A DNA stretch of 64,000 nt from assembly GCF_009914755.1 (NCBI RefSeq), contig NC_060936.1. The stretch is one strand, 5' to 3'. This document shows, one piece after another, positions 1 through 20,700 of this stretch (positions are counted from its first letter, which is position 1; every line of letters starts with the position of its first letter). Made by a program: the position numbers and the translations under genes. A model generated the notes under the pieces. The model made no database searches, was not told where the DNA came from, and was given only the letters and a program-made list of their open reading frames with translations. Source of the stretch: the human T2T-CHM13v2.0 reference genome, Homo sapiens.

Positions 1-535
1 GGCAGGGTGGGCATCTCCAGGCACAGGCACAGGTGCCGACTCCCTGTGAGGCTGTGGCTGGACCAGGCATACTGCAAGCAGCTTCCACAGCTAGCACCAG
101 GCAATGTGGTGGCACCCAGAAGCTTGGAGACACCAGGAACCACAGAGCCCCAAAGAGGGTGTCGCAGCCCTGGCTTAGGGAGTTTCTAGGTCTGGGATCC
201 CCGAAGGGCCACAGCTCTTCTCTTTCTCTCTTCTTTCCTTCTCTCTACTCTCCTTCTTGTCACCTGCAACATGGCAAGCAAGGGGCGTGTTTCAGCCCTG
301 TTTGTGTTATAGCTCTTTCAGTCCCACCATTCGGCAGGTCCCAAGTTCTTGTCTTGCATTCAGAAAGAATGAGCTATGCAGACAAGTGGAGGGTGAGCAA
401 GGTGAAGAGGTGCTTTATTGAGTGACAGAACAGCTCAGAGGAGACCCTCAGTGGGTAGCTCCTCTCCACAGGTAGCTCATCCCAATGAGTGTCCAGCTGT
501 CAGCAGAGAGGAGACCCACAGTGGGTAGCAGTGGG
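1..535 (-). mobile_element. ERV1-class LTR fragment, MER52-like
   Basis: Internal repeats 'cagaggagaccc-cagtgggtagc', the block 'agcttggagacaccaggaaccacagagccccaaagagggtg' and a minus-strand AATAAA (tttatt at ~414) match my recollection of MER52 LTRs. Family call is from memory. Confidence 0.6.
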
Positions 536-1005
536 CCAAGGTTGCACCACTGCACTCCAGCCTGGACAACAGAGCAAGATTCTGTCTCAAAAAAAAATTG
601 ATTAATTAATTAATTAAATGTAATGAAGAGATGGAAAGATATTCTGTGTAAATGGAAACCAAAAAAGAACAGGAACAGCTATACTTATATAACCGAACAT
701 AAACTTTAAGTCAAAAAGTAATAGAGCCAGGCAGGTTTACATGATTGTAATCTTGGAAATTTGGAAGGCCAAGGTGGGAAGATCACTTGAGGACAGGAGT
801 TTGAGAACAGCCTGGGCAATATTGCAAGACCCTGTCTCTATAAAAAATTAAAAAATTAGCCAGCATGGTGGCTTGTACCTGTAAGTCCCAGCTACTGAAG
901 GGGCTGAGGTGGGAGAATCACCTGAGCCCAGGAAGTTGAGGCTGCTGTGAGCCATGATCGTGCCACTGCACTCCAGCATGGGTGACAAGGAGAAAACCAT
1001 CCAGG

Positions 1006-2892
<1,887 letters not shown>

Positions 2893-2987
2893 AGGCCGGG
2901 CGCAGTAGTTCATGCCTGTAATCCCAGCACTTTGGGAGGCCGAGGCAGGCGGATCACGAAGCCAGGAAATCGAGACCATCCTGGCTA

Positions 2988-3226
<239 letters not shown>

Positions 3227-3507
3227 TCACACCTGGAATCCCAGCATTTTGAAAGGCCAAGGTGAAAAGGTTACTTGAGGCCAGAGTTCAAGACCAGCCC
3301 GGGCAACATAGGAGACCCTGTCTCTACAAAAATTAAAAAAAAAATCAACTGGGTGTGGTAGTCCTAGATGGTCGGCAAGCTGAGGCTGGAGGATCCCTTG
3401 AGCCCAGGAGTCCAAGGTTTCATTGAGCTATTATTGCACCACTGCACTATAGCCTGGGTGACAGAGCCAGACCATGTCTCTAAACAAAAATAAATAAATA
3501 AACTAAA

Positions 3508-5635
<2,128 letters not shown>

Positions 5636-6029
5636 ATTTTGGCCGGGCTCATGCCTGTAATCCCAGCACTTTGGGAGGCTGAGGCAGGCAGATCACTTAA
5701 CGTCAGGAGTTCAAGACCAGCCTGGCCAACATGGTGAAACCCCGTCTCTGCTAAAAATACAAAAATTATCCAGGCATGATGGTGCGCACCTGTAATCCCA
5801 GCTACTTGGGAGGCTGAGGCAAGAGAATAGCATGAACCCAGTTTGGGGGTGGGGGGGTTAGGGAGAGGTTGCAGTGAGCCGAGATCGTGCCACTGCACTC
5901 CAGCCTGGGCAGCAGAATGAGACTCTGTCTCAAAAAAAAAAAAAAAATTCAACTTATGATTTCATCCCAGATGGATATTGGAAAAAACTTTCAGTTTTTT
6001 TTTCTATTCTATTTTTTTCTATTCAGCAA

Positions 6030-7355
6030 AACAGTTATCAACTTATTAACACAGAAGACTTCCATGATCAGACCAAATGTGGGGTCGGAGGAGCAGATTC
6101 TCCCCACCACCAAGCAGGGAACCATTTCTGCAATGGACATCAGGTGGGTGTCTTTTATTTCAATTCAGACACCATCTACCTAGATACAGTGTCAGATCCC
6201 ATAGGTCGAAGCCTCAGTCCCCAAAACTGCCCCCACTCAGACACCAGTCACAAATCCAGGCCTCCAGAACTTCTGACCAATCAATTTCAATTTGGCATTC
6301 CTAAGACTCCCTCTTTTGGTTGGATTAATTTGCTGGGGCAGCTCACAGAACTGGTTTATTGAAGAGATGCTAGGGCAAGGTATTGTGGAAGGGGAATGGA
6401 GCTTCTGAAGCAGCTACATTGTCTCTGTTGTATACCTGGGGTTCATCATCTGGTACCAGGAAAATTTAGGACACGAATACACACTAGGAGTTTAGGAGTG
6501 GAGGTTTAATAGGCAGAAGAAAAGAGAAAGAAAAACAGCACTCTCAATAAAGAGAGGGAGATCTTCCCAGAGGAAAAGACCGGCTGGTGGTGGATGTGCT
6601 AGATTTTATAGTGTGGCTTGAGGAGCTGGTGTCTGATTTATGTAAGGCTCACAGATTGGTTCAATCAGATATGATGTTTACATAGTGCATATGGAAGGCT
6701 GGTTGCTTCACCCTAATATTACTATGCAAATGAACTCTCCTTGGCCGGCACCACGTTGTCTCCTCCTTACTGTACACAAGGCTGGCAGAGAAGGAAAGAT
6801 GGAATCGCCCTCTTGAACATGTCTAGTCCCTAGTTTCTGCTGGCATTCACCCCTGCAAGCTCCCAGCTTGCTGCTCTGTGTCTGCAGCTCGACTTTACAG
6901 GCTGCTCTTTGTTAGAAAATGATTTGGGGCTGCTTTTCATTAAAAAGAAAAGCCTTACCAAGGACTCCCATACCCTCACTATCTGCCCACGTGATTTCTT
7001 CTTAACTCCTATATCACTTTCATATTCTCTCTGGGCACACCACTCTCCAGGAACCTCCATGTGTTCAACTCTCTGTAAGCTCTCCAAACCCTGTCCTTTG
7101 GGTTTGTATGGAGGTTTGATTACATAGTTATGGTTGATTAAACCATTGGCCGTAGATAAGCAGCTTGACCTTCAGCGGCTTTCCCCACCCCTGAAGGTTG
7201 GGGGGTGGGGTTGAAAGTCCCAACCCTCTAATCAGGGCTTTGTCTTTCTAATGACCAGTCCCATCCTGAAGCTAGCTGTCAATCATTAGCATACAAAAAG
7301 ACATCACTTTGGAGATTCCAAAGATTTTAAGAATTGTTATATTTCACAATATCCC
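6030..7355. mobile_element. MER21-like LTR, split in two (6030-6405 and 7017-7355) by a nested LTR
   Basis: Motifs 'cagacaccatctacctagat..gtgtcagatccc', 'ttaatttgctggggcagctcacagaact' and 'attagcatacaaaaagacatcactttggagatt'. A related 3' fragment recurs at ~32335-32470. Confidence 0.6.
6406..7016 (-). mobile_element. Solo LTR, MER61-like (ERV1), 611 bp
   Basis: TG...CA termini with a near-perfect 4-bp TSD (cttc/cttt). The minus-strand start 'tgatataggagttaagaagaaatcac' matches my recollection of MER61. Confidence 0.65.
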
Positions 7356-7567
7356 AATGGAATAACAGGGTCAAGGTTTATCCTCTCAGCCAGGCGGGCG
7401 CAGTGGCTCACACCTGTAATCGCACACTTTGGGAGGCAGAGGCGGGAGGATCCCCTGAGGTCAGGAGTTTGAGACTAGCCTGGGCAACACAGTGAAACCC
7501 CCCTCTCTACTAAAAATACAAAATTCAGCCAGGTGTGGTGGCACATGCCCATAATTCCAGCTACTTA

Positions 7568-7672
<105 letters not shown>

Positions 7673-8394
7673 TCAAAAAAAAAAAAAAAAGATGTATCCT
7701 TTCATCCTGTCAACTAAGTGACAGTTGACAGTTACCTAAAAGGATTAATGAGAACAATTCACAGACCTCACCTAGGAAGGGGCAATAGTTTCTCCCTAGG
7801 AAAAATTAATTTCTTAAAATACAGTGCCTGGGCACAGTGGCTCATGCCTGTAATCTTAGCACTTTGGGAGGTCGAAGCGAGCAGATCACTTGAGATCAGG
7901 AGTTTGAGACCAGCCTGGCCAACATGGAGAAACCCCATTTCTACCAAAAATACAAAAATTAGCTGGGCGTGGTGCATGCCTGAGGTCCCAGCTACTCGGA
8001 AGTCCGAAGCGGGAGGATCACTTGAGCCTGGGAGGCGTAGCGTAGGTTGCAGTGACACGAGATCGTGCCACTACACTCCAGCCTGGGCAACAGCAGAGGG
8101 AGACTCTGTCATTTAAAAAAAAGAAAAAAGAAAAAAAAAATCAGGTGTGATGGCTCATGCCTGTAATCTCAGCATTTTGGGAGGCTGAGATGGGAGGAAC
8201 ACTTGACTTCAAGAGTTAAAGACTAGCTTGAGCACAATAACAAGACCTTATCTCTACTAAAAATAAAAAAATAGGCTGGGCACTGTGGCTCACTCCTGTA
8301 ATCCCAGCACTTTGGGAGGCCGAGGTGGGTGGATCACCTGAGTTCGGGAATTTGAGACCAGCCTGACCAACATGGAGAAACCCCGTCTCTACTA

Positions 8395-8553
<159 letters not shown>

Positions 8554-8568
8554 TCAAAAAAAGAAACT

Positions 8569-9838
8569 TCCTTGGGCCAGATGGTTTTGCAGGTAAATTC
8601 TACCCAACTGGCAAATTAATATACTCCTGAGATAGAAGACCGAAGCTGTATCGCTGGCCTTCCCAGATAAAAGCAAACTACTTCTGGTGGGCCTTATTGA
8701 CAGATTGGAAGAAATAATCATTTGCCAGATCATAGCGGCATACCAGGAACCAGGGAATGTGTTAATTTGTTCAAGCAATGAAGCCACATCTGGTACAGAA
8801 GCTGTGACTGGACTTAGTACCTAGTTAAGCTTACAATAATCCACTGTCGTTCTCCAAAATCCATCTGTATTCTTTACAGGCCAAACAGGAAAGTTGAATG
8901 AGGATATGGTAGAAATCACCACTAAGGAATCTTTGAAGTCCTTGATGATGGCACTAATTCTTCCAGGAATGGGATATTTGTTTTATTTTTACTGTTTTCC
9001 TAGGTAGAGGCACTAGTGGCTCCTATTTGGCCTTTCCCACCACAGTAGCCCTCACTCCACAGGTAAGGGAGTCAGTGTGGGGATTCTGTCAGCTGCTGAG
9101 TATGTATATTCCAATTACACATTTTGGACCTTGTGAAATAACCACAGGATGGGTTTGGGGACACACTAGTTTCACTGTGAGATGGGCCTGAGCTAAAGCT
9201 TTTTTGATTAATGGGTAGACCACAATAACATTTTGGATCTCCTGGGATTAATGTCAGCTCAGAGCCAGTGCCCAGTAGTCCCCCAAAAGGTCTGATTATT
9301 TCCTTTTTCCCAATGCACACTCTGTTACAAGGTCAGCAGAAAAAGTAATAGTATACAGGTAGACCCAGGGTCCTTCTTCAAGAGAACTTGAGGTCCTGTT
9401 CACTCAAGGAGCTCTGAGTCTGTCAACTGGCTCAAGTTTGGGAATTGACTGATGGACTCTGACTCGTTTTCATGATTCATGATTCAGGTATTTATTTTCA
9501 TTCGACCGAGGAATTTCCTACTTGTTCAGATTAAGTAAGAATTTAGTAGGCTTCCTATCTATTCATTTCTGGGAACATCTTGATCAACTAGCCAATGCCA
9601 TAGGTCAGTGTGAGTCAGACTATTTTGGTTGCTGCTTTCCTGCTGCTGTCCATTACAGTAATCATATCCACCTTGCCTTTGGTGGTTGGGTGCCACTACT
9701 GGGTCCCAGTTAGGTTTACAAATTCAGTGACTACAGTTCCCACTGTTAAGGTCTGAACTCTAGAGAAGAGTGATCACAGAGCTCTTCAAGGATGCCGGGG
9801 CTTCCTTCACTACATTTTTTCTCATACTATTGGTGAAA
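8569..9838 (-). mobile_element. ERVL (HERV-L-like) internal fragment: gag end, protease and 5' RT, degenerate
   Basis: Translations 'GLLGTGSELTLIPGDPK' (protease; catalytic DTG decayed to GTG) and 'ASLLEQINTFPGSWYAA' (RT) match ERVL pol. Frameshifts and stops are present. Confidence 0.85.
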
Positions 9839-10014
9839 GGGCCTAGCACAATGGCTCATGTCTATAATCCCAGCATTTTGGGAGGCCGAGGTAGCCACCA
9901 CCCCTGGCTAATTGTTGTATGTTTTGTAGAAACAGGGTCTCGCCATGTTGCCTAGGGTGGTCTCAAACTCCTTAGCTCAAGCAATCCTTCCACTTTGGAC
10001 TCCCAAAGTGCTAG

Positions 10015-10649
<635 letters not shown>

Positions 10650-10844
10650 TGAGCCACCACGCCTGGCCTATTTTATTTTTTTGACAGTCTCACTGTCTCC
10701 AGTCACCTAGGCTGGAGTGCAGTGGCTCGATCTTGGCTCACTGCAGCCTCTGCCTCCTAGGCAGATTCTCATGCCTCTGCCTCCCAAGTAGCTGGGATTA
10801 CAGGCATGGGCAACTGCAGCTGGCCTAGTAGTTTATTTTTTAAA

Positions 10845-12890
<2,046 letters not shown>

Positions 12891-13388
12891 GCAAACACTG
12901 TGTTATTGTTGCTAGTTGCCAGAAGTTGGAACAGGAGAAAGTCTGTGTGAGGAGTGGGAATTTATCGATATTTAGCACTCTTTTTTTCTGTGAGGCAGAG
13001 TCTTGCTCTGTCACCCAGGCTGGAGTGCATTGGCACCATCTCGGCTCACTGCAACCTCTGCCTTTCGGGCTCAAGTGATTCTCTTGCCTCAGCCTCCTGA
13101 GTAGCTGGGACTCCAGGCAGGAGCCACCACACCCGGCTAATTTTTTGTATTTTTAGTAGAGACCGGGTTTCACCATATTGGCCAGTTGGTCTTGAAATCC
13201 TGAGCTCAAGTGATCCACCTGCCTCTGCCTCCCAAGATGCTAGGATTACAGGCATGAGCTACTTACCACACCTGGCCAAGCACTCTGTTTTTTTGTTTTT
13301 GTTTTTGTTTTTTAAAAGAATATATAAAATGGGCTGGACGCAGTGGCTCACGCCTGTAATCTCAGCACTTTGGAGTGGGGGTGGGTCA

Positions 13389-13619
<231 letters not shown>

Positions 13620-14295
13620 CTATTTATCTATCTATCTATCTACCTATCTACCTATAGAGAGAGAGAGACAGAGGTCTTACTATGTTGCCCAGACTGGTCT
13701 TGAACTCCAGGACTCAAGCGATCCTCCTGTCTTGGCCTCCAAAGTGCTGGGATTACAGGAGTGAGCCACTGTGCCTGGCTAACACTCTTTTTTTTTTTTT
13801 TTTTTTTTTTTTTAGAGATAGAGTCCCTCTGTCACCAGACTGGAATGTAGTGGCACAATCTATAGCTCACTGTAACCTCAAATTCCTGGTCTCAAGGGAC
13901 CTTCCCGAGTAGCTGGGACTGCAAGTGCATACCACCACTTCCTGGCTAATTTTTAAATTTTTTCTAGAGACAGGGTCTTGCTTTGTTGCCTGGGATGGTC
14001 TCAAACTCCTGGGCTCAAGTGAGCCTCTCACCTTGACCTCCTAAAGTGCTGGGATTACAGGCATGAGCCACTGTGACCAGTTTAGCTTTCCTTAAACATA
14101 GGAAAGAACCCCCCCTTAATCAATTTCATCAAACATGACTGATTTTTGTTTGTTTGTTTGTTTTTGAGACAGGGTCTCGCTATGTCACCCATGCTGAGTG
14201 GGGTGCAGTAGTGCAAGCATGGTGCTCACTGCAGTCTCCTGGGTTCAGGGGATCCTCTGGCCTCCCAAGGAGCTGGGACTACAGGTTTGAGCTAA

Positions 14296-14502
<207 letters not shown>

Positions 14503-14833
14503 TAGATTCTTATGTATTTATTTATTTATTTATTTTTCTAAAAATATAGATGGGGTCTCACTATGTTGACCAGGCTGGTCTCTAACTCCTGGCCTCAAGG
14601 GATCCTCCCATCTCAGCTTCCCAAAGTGTTGGGATTACAGGCATAAGCCACCGCACCCGGCTGACATTATGTAAACACTCTTTCTATTCTCCTTGAATTT
14701 CTCCTAATTTCTCCTTGAAGTGTACAGGGAAAATAAAAGGAGCTAGAATTCAAAGCCATCTAAATTCTATCTGGCTAATAGCTGTTTGATAAAACCTCCA
14801 TAGGGAACAAATGAAAACTTTTTTTTTTTTTGA

Positions 14834-14938
<105 letters not shown>

Positions 14939-15345
14939 TGAGTAGCTGGGATTACAGGCAAGTGCAATCATGCCCAGCTAACTTTTTGTATTTTTAGTAG
15001 AAACGGTGGTTTCTCCATGTTGGTCAGGCTGGTCTTGAACTCCCGACCTCAGTGATCCGCCCGCCTCGGCCTCCCAAAGTGCTGGGATTACAGGCGTGAG
15101 CCACCATGCCCGGCTTGATTTATTTCTTAAATGGCTTTATTAAACCTGATATAAAGAGATTAATGTCAAATTGGAGCTTGTTATATCCACAGTCGGTGTC
15201 AGGTGAAATTGTCATTTGAAGTCAAAGCTACCCTAAATACAGTCAAATATCATGAAAGTGATTTCTAAAATAAACAAAAATGTACTTGGTCACAGAAAGT
15301 TTAAAAAGAAAATTGCAGTCTGTAAACTTCAGATTCACTACCTAC

Positions 15346-15537
15346 CTCTCTGGCTCGATGGAGCTGTGCGCGCTCAATCCTAGAGATGATATCCTTTACT
15401 GAGAATGGGATCTCAAGGTTAGGGAGCATCAAAGGACTAAGGATATTTTGGGGCTCTCTTCTCATGATGGTGGAATCCTTGATGCATTTTTCTGATTCAG
15501 GGTCATTGTCTATCTCATTTTTCATTTTGAAGAACAT
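15346..15537 (-). CDS. FAM186A: FAM186A coding exon 1 (64 codons, MFFKMKNEIDNDPESEK...AQLHRARE)
   Basis: Non-repeat ORF with ATG at 15537-15535 and a phase-0 donor GAG|GTAGGT at 15346/15345. The peptide matches the FAM186A N-terminus as I recall it, and FAM186A is the known divergent neighbour of LARP4. Confidence 0.9.
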
Positions 15538-15659
15538 TTTGAAAATGTGGGTGATTTCGTTTTATTTCTTCTTTTTCACAGAATCTACAAAAATGCTAAT
15601 AAAGATATCCAGTAGGAAGCTAGGAGAGGTCTTTCCTGATCCTAGAAGTTGTGGCATAC

Positions 15660-15760
15660 TCTGCTACTAATTGGTGGCTCCCATGATATTCCCGTCCTGT
15701 TGATGTCACAATAGACCCATTGTGACATTATCATTGATCAAACATGTAAAGAATGCTTAC
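15660..15760 (-). promoter_or_regulatory. FAM186A: Putative FAM186A proximal promoter (CpG-poor) with a dyad of CRE-like sites
   Basis: TGATGTCA at 15701-15708, within an inverted repeat (15701-15712 / 15719-15730) ~165-195 bp upstream of the ATG. TSS position is inferred. Confidence 0.4.
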
Positions 15761-15879
15761 TATGTGCAGAGAACTGGTCATTCTATATGCTGCCATGGTA
15801 GAAGGGTGAGGGGGGAAGGAGGGTAGGAAATAATAGACAACAGGAATGCTAAAATAAACAGAAGATATAGCCCTGCTTA

Positions 15880-16272
<393 letters not shown>

Positions 16273-16340
16273 TTAAGCCTGTAATGGAATAAAGGTTACA
16301 ACTACTTCCTCAGCTGCCCCTTAACTTTTCCTAGACATGT

Positions 16341-16396
16341 AGTAACTTGGATGATATCATTTGGATGAAGTAACTTGGATGATATCATTTGGATGA
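16341..16396. repeat. Perfect 28-bp tandem duplication
   Basis: agtaacttggatgatatcatttggatga x2, read directly. Confidence 0.95.
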
Positions 16397-16621
16397 GGAT
16401 CACACTCTTTGCACTGCTTACTCTTTTTTCTTTTCTTTTCTTTTCTTTCCCTTTTTTTTGGAGACAGAGTCTCACTTTGTTACCCAGGCTGGAGTGCAGT
16501 GGTGTGATCTTGGTTCATGGCAACCTCTGCCTCCCAGGTTCAAGAGATTCTTGTGCCTCAGCCTCCCTGAGTAGCTGGAATTACAGGTGCGCGCCACCAC
16601 GCCTGGCTAATTTTTGTTTAA

Positions 16622-17214
<593 letters not shown>

Positions 17215-17534
17215 TAGTAGAGACGGGGTTTCACCATGTTAGCCAGGATGGTCTCGATCTCCTGACCTCGTGATCTGCATGCCTTGGCCTCCCAAAGTGC
17301 TGAGATTACAGGTGTGAGCCACTGCACTCGGCCTACACCTGGCTAATTTTTTATATTTTTGGTAGATATAGGGTTTCACTGTGTTGGCCAGGCTGGTCTC
17401 AAACTCCTCAAGTGATTCACTCACCTCGGCCTCCCAAAGTTTAGTTGTCAACTAAACTAAATTTGCATTATTCTTTCTCTCTCACTTGCATCTTTTATGC
17501 AGCATGGAATTCATCAATCAGCAACTAGACATGA

Positions 17535-17708
<174 letters not shown>

Positions 17709-18463
17709 TAGTAGAGAAAGAGTTTCACCGTGTTTGCCAGGACAGTCTCGATCTCCTGACCTCGTGGCCTCCCAAAGTGCTGGGATTACAGCCATGAGCC
17801 ACCACGCCTGGCCATGAAGGCTTCTTAAAGTCAATTTTTAAATCCTGCTTCCCTTTCAATTCGACAAGCATTTGTTGAAACACTATGCAGCTTACATTAT
17901 CCTAAACTGAAGAATATATGATAGGGTTCCTGTGAAGAAACTAAAACAAAAAAGAAAAGATTTAAGATAGAATATAATAATCAAGTGCTAATAAGGGACA
18001 CGAAGAAGAGATCTGTAGAAGCAGAATCTTTGAGAAAACCTTATGGAGAGAGAAGGTTGATTGACAAATGGAGGCAATCCAGGTAGGGGCAACACCTCGA
18101 GCCATGGCTTTGGCGGTGAGTGCTAATGAGTTTGCATCTTAGGGGGAAAGTAAGGAGATTGGTTTAATCACTGAGATGACTTCACGGGAATTTACTGAGG
18201 ACCAGATTAGGGTGGGCCTGAGATAACAGATATCAGCAATTTGGTGGTGGAATTAATTTGGTATCTGAGGAGATTCCATTTGCGGCAAAGCAAGGAGGAT
18301 TTCATGAGATCAGAATGGCAAAGTCTTGAAATCAAGTAACAGTGGTTTGGTGAAAATGAAACCTTCACTTTGGGAAGATTTTTTAAATAATAGAATGGAA
18401 AAATCCATTGGAAAAGATCAAGACATGATTATTTCATTTTTATTTATTATTATTATTTTTTAG

Positions 18464-18676
<213 letters not shown>

Positions 18677-18728
18677 TAAGGCAATCCACCCGCCTCGGCC
18701 TCCCAAAGTGCTAGAATTACAGGCGTGA

Positions 18729-18980
<252 letters not shown>

Positions 18981-19289
18981 TGAACTCCCGACCGCAAGTG
19001 ATCCGCCCGCCTCAGCTTTCCAAATTGCTGGGATTATAGGCGTGAGCCACCCTTCCCAGCCAAGACATGATTATTTCAAAAGATGAGTGTTTGAACTAGG
19101 ACATACAAGTGGGAGCGATCTATCCTACTACATATTGCTAAAGACAATAAGGAATTTGGACCATCTAACAAAAATTATAGATAATTTTAAAAATTTTGTT
19201 TTTATTGTATTTCGTTTGAATTAATGACAGAACGTCAAAGAAGACACTGTCCAGATTAAGTGTTATTACTGGTATATTAAGCGGAGACA

Positions 19290-19490
19290 TGGGTAATTAA
19301 TTCAAATGAGCCTGGGGCAAAGTTCTTTAAAGGGAAACCCGACCTCCTAGAGGGCTTCTTCAACTGTAAAATGGGGATGATAATAATAGTGTTTATTGCA
19401 TAGAATTGTTTTAAGATCAATTAACATAAAATGCTTAGTATAGTGCCAAACACAATGTAAGCATTTAATATACATTAGCTGCTATTAACA
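19290..19490 (+). mobile_element. MIR SINE
   Basis: Core 'ctgtaaaatggggatgataataata' and 3' 'aatgcttagtatagtgcc...cattagctgctatt'. Confidence 0.65.
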
Positions 19491-19699
19491 TATTTGCTAG
19501 TATCATAGTTTTTTTGTTTTTTTTTTCTTGTCTACTTTTCTTCTGTGAGCCACCACTTTTCGGCAGGGTTGGTTTGTTCAGTACACTTCGCCAAGGTCGG
19601 CTTTAAAAATCAAATCTAGATTGTGAACTATGAAAACTGCGGAATTATCAGTGCTGTGTAGCTATCTGACAAGTGATAAAATGTGTCATTACGATTTTT

Positions 19700-20700
19700 A
19701 CACATCCCCGTGCCACAGAATGGCGTCTCCTTCTAATCGTTCCCCCCGACAGATGATAGTACATCCCACACTGCTGCTGGAAAAGATAGTGCAAAAGTTG
19801 AGCGCGCCGAGGGCTCTCTTTTCTCCCGGAAACAATTTTTCCCTAGACCCGGAAGCAGTTGTTGTTTCAAGGGAGGTGGGACTGGGCGGGTCAGGCCGCA
19901 GCGGCTGACGGCAGGGGAGGAGCCGGGTCCACTGCCGGGTGGAGGGGCAAGGCGAGTGTGTGTCCTTATCCTAGCAATTGGGGCGCGGGCCTGTGAGCCA
20001 GTTGGAGTTGCGGCGGCGGGAACGATTGGGCTGAGCAGAGGACGACATGTTGCTTTTCGTGGAGGTGAGTGCATTATGCTAGTCTCGTCCTGCTCTTAGG
20101 AGAGCAGGAGTGTAGAGGCGCCGGCCGGTCCCACCGCCATGTGACTTTCCGGGCCGTACACGCCGCGGAACCGGCAGATAGGCTGACACAGCACCTGGGC
20201 CGAGCAGGCCTGCAGCTTCCCTCTGCGCGCTCACAACACTCTAGGAAGCTATGGGAGGTGAGGCCCGTAGTGGAGAAGAATTGAAGGAGAAAAACGGAGG
20301 GCTGTTCTGGTGTGGCGGTGAGGTTCAGAGGAAGGGGAAAGTGTCCCATATGGACCTCCTAAAGGAGGCAGCATTGGGGGGTTGGGGGGCGGAGTCTGAG
20401 GGAGGAGAGGGTAATCAGGTGGGCGCGTTCCGGGGGCCGAGCGCGGCCTCGCGGGGCCCCTCTGGGAGGGAGGCGAGCAACATGTGGGGCCACGGATGGA
20501 GAAAGGTGAAATGCGGTAAGTATTTTGAAAAGAAAATTGAAAAGTTCTTTTGAGCAACTTCCACCAAATTCTGCCCGGGCCCCGTCCCTAGGTCTCTGGA
20601 ACGTTCTGTGGGTGAAAGCGAGTTACTTTGAATCGAGGAGAAGCCAGTAGGGTTTGGAAGCCTTGAAAGGCACCGCTTTGACCTTTTGTAAAAGTTACTC
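19700..20700 (+). promoter_or_regulatory. LARP4: LARP4 CpG-island promoter, 5' UTR and start of intron 1
   Basis: The only non-Alu CpG-rich stretch. ETS site CCGGAAG at 19849-19855, CCGGAAA at ~19826, GC box GGGCGG at 19884-19889, YY1-like CCGCCATGT at ~20134. No TATA box. Sits in an Alu-free zone (~19060-22980). Confidence 0.85.
20047..20064 (+). CDS. LARP4: LARP4 (La-related protein 4) coding exon 1: MLLFVE
   Basis: gacATGttgcttttcgtggag|GTGAGT, a consensus donor in phase 0. Joins exon 2 in frame. Confidence 0.95.
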
